Part shown: in pieces, positions 55,748 to 64,000 of the stretch | Layout: each line of letters opens with the position of its first letter | How positions within the stretch are numbered: position 1 is the stretch's first letter | Origin: the human T2T-CHM13v2.0 reference genome, Homo sapiens | Direction: 5' to 3' (one strand) | Assembly: GCF_009914755.1 (NCBI RefSeq) | Contig: NC_060930.1 | DNA length: 64,000 bases | The notes under the pieces: model-generated | Databases searched by the model: none | Told to the model about the DNA's origin: nothing | What the model saw: only the letters and a program-made list of their open reading frames with translations | Program-made: the position numbers and the translations under genes

Positions 55748-58700
55748 ATTTTTGTAAACAGCTTTATTGAGATGTAATTGACATACAATAAACTGCACTT
55801 GTTTCAAGCATACAATTAAGTGAAATCTGACATTTACTTATGTATATACATATAAATTCATACAAATATATGTGCAATAATCAACACAAACTATCATCCC
55901 CAAAAGTTCCTCATGCCCCACTGTAATTTTATCATCCTTACCTGCTCCTTTTTGCGCCACTCCTTGATCCTCAGGCAATAACTGATCTACTTTCTGTCAG
56001 TATAGATTAGCTCATATTTTCTAGCGGTTAGTATAAATGTAAACATACAAAATATATTGGATTTTTTTTCCTCTGGCTTCTTTCACTGAGAATAATGCTT
56101 TGGTGACTCATCCATTTTGTTGTGTGTATCAATGTTCATTCCTTTCTGGTACTGAGTAGTATGCCAATATATGGACAGGCCACAATTTATCCATTCACTT
56201 GTGGGTGGATATTTGAATGTTTCAGATTTTTGGCTAATACAACCAAAGCTTCTACGAACATTTGTGTACGAGTCTTTGTATGGCCACAGGCTTTCATTTC
56301 TCTTGGGAATTTTCCCAGGAGCAGAATGGCTAAATTGTATGACAGGTATAATTTTTAAAGAAACCGCCAAGCTCTTTTCTGAAGCTTGTGTATCATTTTA
56401 CAGTTCTACCAGTGTTTGAATGTTCTAGCTGACACACTTCCTAGTCAGCCTTTGCTATAAGTTTTTTTTTTTTAACTTTTACAAATTTTAAAAGGTGTTT
56501 AACGTTGTTTCACTATGGTTTTAATTTGCTTTTCCTTAATAAGTAAATGATGTTGAACATGTTTTATCTACCTATTTGCCAATCATATATCCTCTTTGGT
56601 GAAATGTCTATTTAAATCTTTGCTCGTTTTTAAAATTAAACTGTTTATTTTCTTTTTGAGTTTTGAGAGTTCTTCATGTATTCTGCTTACAAATCTCTGG
56701 TCAGATCACGTTATTTGCAGATGTTTTCTCCAATGCTCTGATTGCCATTTCATTTTCTTGACAGTGTTTTCAAAGAGCATAAGTTCTTAATATTTATGAA
56801 GTTCAATTAGTCAATTTTTCATTAATGGATAATGCTTTTGGTGTATGTTTTAAAAAAATCTTTGAATAAAGTCACAAAGATTTTTTTTTTATCTTTTCTA
56901 GAAGTTTTATAGGTTAAGTTTAACATTTAGGTGTATGATCCATTTGATTTATTTTTATGTGGTGTATAGATCAAAGTTCACTTTTGAAGTGAATATGCAA
57001 TTGTTCCAGCAATATTCTTTGAAAATCTATTCTTTTCTGCTGAACTATATTTGCACCTTTGTCAGAAACCAATTTATAATATAAATTGGGACCATCTCTG
57101 GGACTCTCTATTCTGTTCTATTGATTTACTTGTCTGTCTTGATGACAACACTACACTTCCTTGATTACTCTTGATTAAGACTTGAAATCAGGTATTAGTC
57201 TTTCAAAAATATTTTTTCTTTTAAAAGTTGTTTTGATTCTTCTAGGTTCTTTGAATTTTTGTATGAAATTTATAATCAGTTTGCCATTTTCTACAAAGAG
57301 AACCCTGCTGATAGTTTGATTTAAAATATTTTAATTTACAGAACTCTTTTCAGGAAAATTTAAAACCTATCAGTGTTGAATTTTCCATCTATAAACACAG
57401 TATTCCATCTATTTAATTATTTAATTTCTCAGTAATATTTTGTAGTTTTCAGTATATATATCTTTCACACTTTTTTCAAGTTTATTCCTATGTATTGCAT
57501 ATTTTTGATGCTATTTTAAATGCTTTTAAAATTCAAGTTTGTTTTTTGTTGTTGTTATTGGTATTCCTGATCTTAGGGAGAAAATGTTTAATATTTATTC
57601 ATTAAGTATAATTTTAGTTATAGGGTTCTCATAAATATTCTTTATCAAGCAGAAATTCACTTTTATTTCAGTTTGCTATGCATTTTTATCAGGAATTAAT
57701 GTTGGATTTTGTGAAATGCTTTTTCTTCATCTATTGAGATGATTACATATATTTTCTTTTTGAGTCTGTTAATAATAATGAATTATTTTTATTGATTTTC
57801 AAATATTCAGTTAACCTTGTATTCCTGCAGCCAACCCCACTTGATAGATTACTGGCTCACTGTCTCCCTCTCTCTCCTCTCTCTCTCTGTCTGTCTCTTC
57901 TCACTCTGTGTGCATGTGTGTGTCTCTCCGTGATTTATTTGCAAAAATCAAGACTATAATTTTCTTGTAATGTCTCTGGTTTTGCCAATATTATTTGTTC
58001 TCTAAACATTTGGTAAAATACAACACTGGGTCTAACTGGGCCTGGAATTTCCTGTGGGAAGACTATTAACTACATATGCAATTTCTGCAGTAGATGAAGG
58101 GCTTTTCAGGTTGTTTCATCTTAAATGTGCTCTGGTCGTTTGTATCTTTCAAGAAATTTGTCCATTTCATTTATATTTTCAAGTTTATTTGCATAAAATT
58201 GATCATAATATTCCCTTAATCTTTTAATATCTGCAGAATCTAAGTGATGGCACTTCTCTCATTCCTGATATTGTTAACTTCAATTGTTTTCTCCTGATCA
58301 ATCTGGCTAGAAGTTTCTCATTTTTTTCCATCTTCTCAGTTAACACACTTTTTGTTTTTCTGCTGCTATTTGAGTGATTTTTTTCTGTAATATCTGTTTT
58401 ATTATCACTTCTAAGAACTTGAGATCTAATTTGTTCCTTTTTTTTCTATTTGCTTAAGGCGGAAACAGAGTTAATGGTTTGGACACCTCTCTGTCTTCTT
58501 TTCAATACAGGCATTTTGTAATATAAAACTTCCCTTAAATATTTTCTTAATGTCAACCAACATATTTTGCTATACTGTGTCTCCATTTTTGTTCAACTCA
58601 AAATACGTTCTATTTTCCCTTTTTCTTTCTTTGTTGACACAAGTTATTCAGCATTATGTTCTTTAGTTTCTAATTATTTAGAGGATATTTTGCTGTCTTT

Positions 58701-59340
58701 CTGTTTTTGATTTCTGATATGATTTCATTGTGGTTAGAAAACACCTTGTATGACCTAATTCATATTAAATAAATTAATACTTGTTTTATAACCCAGAATA
58801 TATTTTTATATATTGTATTCACTGTGTACTTTTCTGTCATTGGGTATTTTATAAATATTAAGGTAATTTTATTCATAGTATTGCTCTAATCTACATTCTT
58901 GTTCATTTTCTATCAACTTGCTCAATAATCTCCTGAAAGAAGTATGTTGAAATCTTTGGTAATATTTGTGAATTTCCCTATCTCTTCCTGCATTTCTATA
59001 AGCTTTTGCTCTAAATATTCTGAAGGTCTGTTATTAGTTACATTAAAACACAGAATTTTTATGTCTTCTTGATTAGCTGACTCTTTGATCATTATATAAT
59101 AAACATCTTTAATCTTTGCTTTCAAAAATACTTTGATATTAAATAGCCCCTTCATCTTTCTTTGATTAGGATTACAGTGACATATATTTTTCCATTTTAA
59201 AATGTGAATTCATTTATGTTTTTATATTTAAAGTGTATTTCTTGTGACCACTGTGTAGTGGGGTCTCAGTACATTATCTAATCTGACAATTTCTTTTAAT
59301 TGGAAGATTTATGCTACTTACTTATGTTTTGTTTAATTTA
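55748..59340 (-). mobile_element. Old L1 (L1MB7/8 or L1ME1-like), 3' UTR to endonuclease region
   Basis: aacagctttattgagatgtaattgacatacaataaactgcac; ORFs 56083-56370 and 58922-59155 are degenerate ORF2 pieces. Confidence 0.8.
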
Positions 59341-61042
59341 AATACCATTGTTATTATTTAAACTTCTTATGTTTAGAATGTTGTAGATTTATCATCAGCA
59401 CAAGTAAGCATCATGTTGATCTTACTTGTAGTCACAACTTCTTCTTTTTGCACCTACCTCTTCCTTAACCACTGGCAACCACTAATCTATTATTTTCTGT
59501 AATTTTGTTTTTTCAAGATTGTTACATAAATCAAACTGTACATCATCCTTTGGGATTGATTTTTCTCATGCAAAATAATTCTTTGGAGATTCATCCAGGT
59601 TATTGTGTGTATCAAAAGTCTAGTTTTTAAATAATGAATGGTATTCTATGTTACAGATATACAGCAGTTTGTTTAACCATTCACTCATTGAAAGGCATCC
59701 ATGTTGTTTCAAGTAATAAATAAAGAATAGCTTCCACTGACCATGCATTAGTGATCCAGATTCTTGCATCTTTTCTCACATTTGTTGTTGCCACTATTTT
59801 TTTTTATTTTAGCTATTCTAATAGATGTGTATGCTATATCATTGTGGTTTTAATTCACTTCCCCCTATGACGAATGATGTTCATGTTCTTGTTTGTCATC
59901 CATATAACTTCTTGGTTAAGTGTTTCTTTCAATCTTCTCATGGGCTTATTTGCCACCTATTTTACCTCTTTGATGAGATGTCTGTTTATGCCTTTGCAAA
60001 TTTTCTAATTGGATTGTTCATTTTTTTGCAGTTGAGTTTCGAGAGATCTTTATATATTACAGATACTAGTCTTTTGTAATATATGTAGTTTGTAAATATT
60101 TTCTCCCAGTGTGATTCTCATATTTTTATTTTCTTCAAAGTCTCCTTTGCAGAGCAAAAGTCTGTAAATTTTGATGTTCAATTTGTCATTTTTTTCACTT
60201 TTACATGATTTTGGTATCAAATCTAAGAATTCCTTGCCTAACATTGAATCCTAAAAATTATCTGTGTTTTTTCCTAAAGTTTTATAGTTTTATATTTTTT
60301 TCTGTGATCCTTTTTGAAGTAAATTTTGTGAAACGTGAGACTTACATTAAATGTAATGTTTTGCCCATGGATGTCTAATTGCCCTAACACTATTTTTTGA
60401 AAAGGCTGTATATATCCTTGATTGAATTACATTTGCACCTTTGTCAAAAATTGGTTGAACATATTTGCATGGTTCTAATGGGTTCTCTATTTTGTTCCAT
60501 TTATCTATGGATGTACTCCTTTGCCTTTATATAATATGACATAAAACTGAGTAGACTGATTTCTTATTTTTGCTCCCTTTAAAAATGGTTTTAGCTATTC
60601 TAAGTACTTTGCCTTTTCATATAAATTTTAGAATAATATTGTCTATGTCTACAAAAAGTCTTGCTGGGATTTGATTAAAATTATGCTAAAGCTGCATATT
60701 AATTTGAGGAAAATTAACATCTTTATTATGTTGAATCTTTTAATCCACTAATGGAATATGTCTCTCCATTTATTTAAATCTCCTTTGATTTCTTTCATCG
60801 GTGTTTATAATTTTTATTATACAAATCTTATACATGTTTTGCTAGATGTACACCTGAATATTTCACTTTTGATTGATTGTGAATCATACTCCATTGTTAA
60901 TTTCGGTGGACATATGGTTATTGCTAGTATATAAAATTATACTCTAATTGCATTGATATAGTAATACAATTGTTATGTACAGAAATCCAAAATATATCAT
61001 TCATCTTAGTACACTTTCCATGGGCACTTGAAAAGAAGGTGT

Positions 61043-61536
61043 CTCAATAGCAAAGACTTGGAACCAACCCAAATGCCCATCAATGATAGACTGGATAAAG
61101 AAAATGTGGCACATATTCACCATGGAATACTACGCAGCCATAAAAAAGAATGAGATCATGTCCTTTTCAGGGACATGGATGAAGCTGGAAGCCATCATTC
61201 TCAGCAAACTAACACAGGAACAGAAACCCAAGCACCACATGTTCTCACTCATAAATGGGATATGAACAATGAGAACGCATGGACACAGGGAGGAGAACAA
61301 CACACACTAGGGCCTGTCAGGGGGTGGGGGGCAAGGGGAGGGAGAGTATTAGGACAAATACCTAATGCATGTGGGGCTTAAAACCTAGATGATGGGTTGA
61401 TAGATGCAGCAAACCACCATGGCACATGTATACCTATGTAACAAACCTGCACATTTGCACATGTATCCCGGAACTTAAAGTAAAATTAAAAAAATATATA
61501 AATATATATATAAAATAAGTAAAAAAAAAATAAAAA
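61043..61536 (+). mobile_element. 5'-truncated L1PA8-like LINE
   Basis: ORF2 end ([21 protein letters not shown]) and 3' UTR ggacaaatacctaatgcatgtggggcttaaaacctagatg; A/AT tail. Confidence 0.92.
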
Positions 61537-61782
61537 TGCACTGAGGTGTTAGCAATACAATTAAATAGAGAAACATAAATACAGTTTTTCAGGATTTCAA
61601 AATGACTGCCTTCTTGCCTCTCAGAAAAGAAAGAAGACTCTATAATTCACAAAATGCCAGCATCTGTTGACAAGCCACATATATTTACTTTTATTTTTGT
61701 TATTATTGTCTTACTTATTTATCCTTATGCTCCTCCATTAAAACTGAGAGTTAACTGTTTATTACTTACATGAAAAAAGAAA
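61537..61782 (+). other. L1 3'-transduced segment with second A-tail
   Basis: Non-L1 sequence between the L1 tail and the downstream TSD; ATTAAA at 61737-61742; A-rich tail 61773-61782. Confidence 0.85.
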
Positions 61783-62471
61783 GAAAAGAAGGTGTATACT
61801 ACTGTTATTTTAGTGGAATGTTCTATAATAGTCAATTAAATACTACTGGTTCATGGTGTTAATTTCTTCTAGACTTTTGTTAATTTTCTAGTTATTCTAG
61901 AGAAAGGGATATTAAAATGTCCAACGATAATTATGGACTTAGCGATTTCTCCATTCATTTCTATCAATCAGTTTTTGCTTTACATACTTTGCAACTCTGT
62001 TGGTGCATTCACATTGACAATTGCTATTTTATACTTCTTGGTAGTTGATAATTTATCATAATATAATGTTCCTCTCTGTCTCTAGCAATTTTTTATGCTC
62101 TAAACTCTACTTTACCTGCTATCAATATAAGTAACCCTGTTTCATTTGATTAACATTTGCAAGATAAACCTTTTTGTATCTTTCTACTTTCAGCTCACCT
62201 ATATTTTAAGTGAGTCCTTTCTAAGCAGTATACAGTTGAGTCATGTTTTTCATTACATCCATCTAACCCATCTTTTTATTGGTATATTTAGATTGTTTAC
62301 ATATAATTATTGATATATTCTGGTATTACTTTCCTTCTGCTTGAAGAACTTTCTTTACATTTCTCATTCACATCTGATTCTGATTAATTCTCTTTGTTTT
62401 TTAAATTTCTAAAACAGGGTTTGATTTTTATTTTTGAAAGATGTTTTCACTTGGTAAATAATTTTGTGCTT

Positions 62472-62544
62472 CAGTTATACCTATGTAACAAACCTGCACA
62501 TTCTGCACATGTATCCCAGAACTTAAAGTAAAATTAAAAAAAGA
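62472..62544 (+). mobile_element. About 70-bp L1PA 3' tip with TSD
   Basis: tatacctatgtaacaaacctgcacattctgcacatgtatcccagaacttaaag; TSD taaa(t/g)aattttgtgctt at 62455-62471 and 62545-62561. Confidence 0.85.
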
Positions 62545-62828
62545 TAAAGAATTTTGTGCTTATAGTTCTTCTTTCAGTACTTTAAGGTGTTGCTTCACTG
62601 TTTTCATTCTAGCTTGCAATAGTTCCAACACATGTCTGCTGTCAGTCTCATGAATGTTTTTCTGTGTTTAGCATATCTTTTTCACTGAATGCTTTAAAAA
62701 TTTTGCATTGTTTCTGATTTTAAGCAAGTTGAATATATTGGTTCTTGACAGAATTTGCATCATATTTAGTGTTTGTGGGGGTGGGAAAGGGGTACACTAG
62801 GGATAGATAAGCTTTTTGGATCTGAGGG

Positions 62829-63191
62829 TGATATGGGTTTGCTGTGTCCTCACCCAAATCTCATTTTGAATTGTAGCTCCCATAATTTCCATGTATTATG
62901 GGAGGGACCCGGTAAAAGATATCTGAATCATGGGGAGGTTTTCCTCCATACTGTTCTCATGGTAGTGAATATGTCTCACGAGATCTGATGGTTTTATAAA
63001 GGGTTTCCCCTTTCACTTGGCTCTCATTCTCTTCTTGTCTGTCGCCATGTAAGATGTGCCTTTTACCTTCCGCCATGATTGTGAGGCCTCCATAGCCACG
63101 TGGAACTGTGAATCCATTAAACCTCTTTTACTTCATAAATTACCCAGTCTCAGGTATGTCTTTATCAGCAACGTGAAAATGAGCTACTACA
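62829..63191 (+). mobile_element. THE1B/C MaLR solo LTR
   Basis: tgatatgggtttgctgtgtcctcacccaaatctca...tatcagcaacgtgaaaatgagctactaca; about 363 bp. Confidence 0.92.
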
Positions 63192-63396
63192 GTTGGTTTA
63201 TAATTTTCACCAAATTTGGAATATTTTTGACCATTATTTTTTCAAATACTACCATTCCCCCTTTTGGGATTCCTATATATTTGGCTGCATTAATTTTTCC
63301 CACAGATCACAGATGCTATGTTCATTTTTTCAGTCTTTTTTTCTTTATATGTTTCACTTTGGAAATACCTTTTGCTAGGCATTCGAATTCAGTAAT

Positions 63397-64000
63397 GTTT
63401 TCTTTTTTTTATTATTATACTTTAAGTTCTAGGGTACATGTGCACAATGTGCAGGTTTGTTACATATGTATACATGTGCCATGTTGGTGTGCCACACCCA
63501 TTAACTCATCAGTTACATTAAGTATATCTCCTAATGCTATCCCTCCCCACTCCCCCCACCCCATGACAGGCCCCAGTGTGTGATGTTCCCCTTCCTGTGT
63601 CCATGTGTTCTCATTTTTCAATTCCCACCTATGAGTGAGAACATGCGGTGTTTGGTTTTCTGTCCTTGTGATAGTTTGCTGAGAATGATGGTTTCCAGCT
63701 TGATCCATGTCCCTACAAAAGACATGAACTCATCCTTTTTTTATGGCTGTATAGTATTCCATGGTGTATATGTGCCACATTTTCTTAATCCAGTCTATCA
63801 TTGATGGGCATTTGGGTTGGTTCCAAGTCTTTGATATTGTGAATAGTACTGCAGTAAACATACGTGTACATGTGTCTTTATAGCAGTATGATTTATAATC
63901 CTTTGGGTATATACCCAGTAATGGGATTGCTGGGTCAAATGGTATTTCTAGTTCTAGATCCTTGAGGAATCGCCACACTGTCTTCCACAATGGTTGAACT
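63397..64000 (-). mobile_element. L1PA4/5-like LINE 3' end, running off the window
   Basis: T-tail, ttaagttctagggtacatgtgcacaatgtgcagg, ORF2 C-terminus ORF 63730-63990. Confidence 0.93.

Larger units (their letters stand above)
59440..63396 (-). mobile_element. Old L1 (L1MC/L1MD-like) fragments hosting younger insertions
   Basis: ctggcaaccactaatct...ggagattcatccaggtt; ORF 60050-60244 is ORF2-like; sequence continues across the 61030/61783 TSD. Confidence 0.7.

Overview
AT-rich primate genomic DNA. AluS/AluY, an L1PA2-type LINE and an LTR12 point to a great ape, most likely human. It reads as a large intron or intergenic region, roughly half transposon-derived. Elements include old L1M fragments, L2 and MIR, MaLR/ERVL LTRs, hAT and Tigger MITEs, seven Alus and several primate L1s. 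The long ORFs in the track are L1 ORF2 fragments or Alu/LTR read-throughs. I cannot identify an intact protein-coding gene, RNA gene or CRISPR array, and I cannot support a claim of a new biological system. The best leads read directly from the sequence are: (1) a ~105-bp inverted duplication (440-548 vs 2307-2408) in which both copies keep an AG..ATG..GT micro-exon cassette; (2) an L1PA8 3' transduction with its own poly(A) signal, second tail and 13-bp TSD (61030-61795); (3) a TSD-flanked 46-bp locally templated insertion (53659-53730); (4) a TSD-flanked poly(T)-poly(A)-only insertion (6418-6473); (5) a twin-primed, 5'-inverted L1PA2; (6) a 36-nt minus-strand micro-exon candidate 2 kb downstream of a same-strand LTR12 promoter; (7) an E-box/GATA/MEIS cluster inside a 333-nt open reading frame flanked by splice sites. 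Repeat subfamily names come from my recollection of consensus sequences, and boundaries of old elements are approximate.
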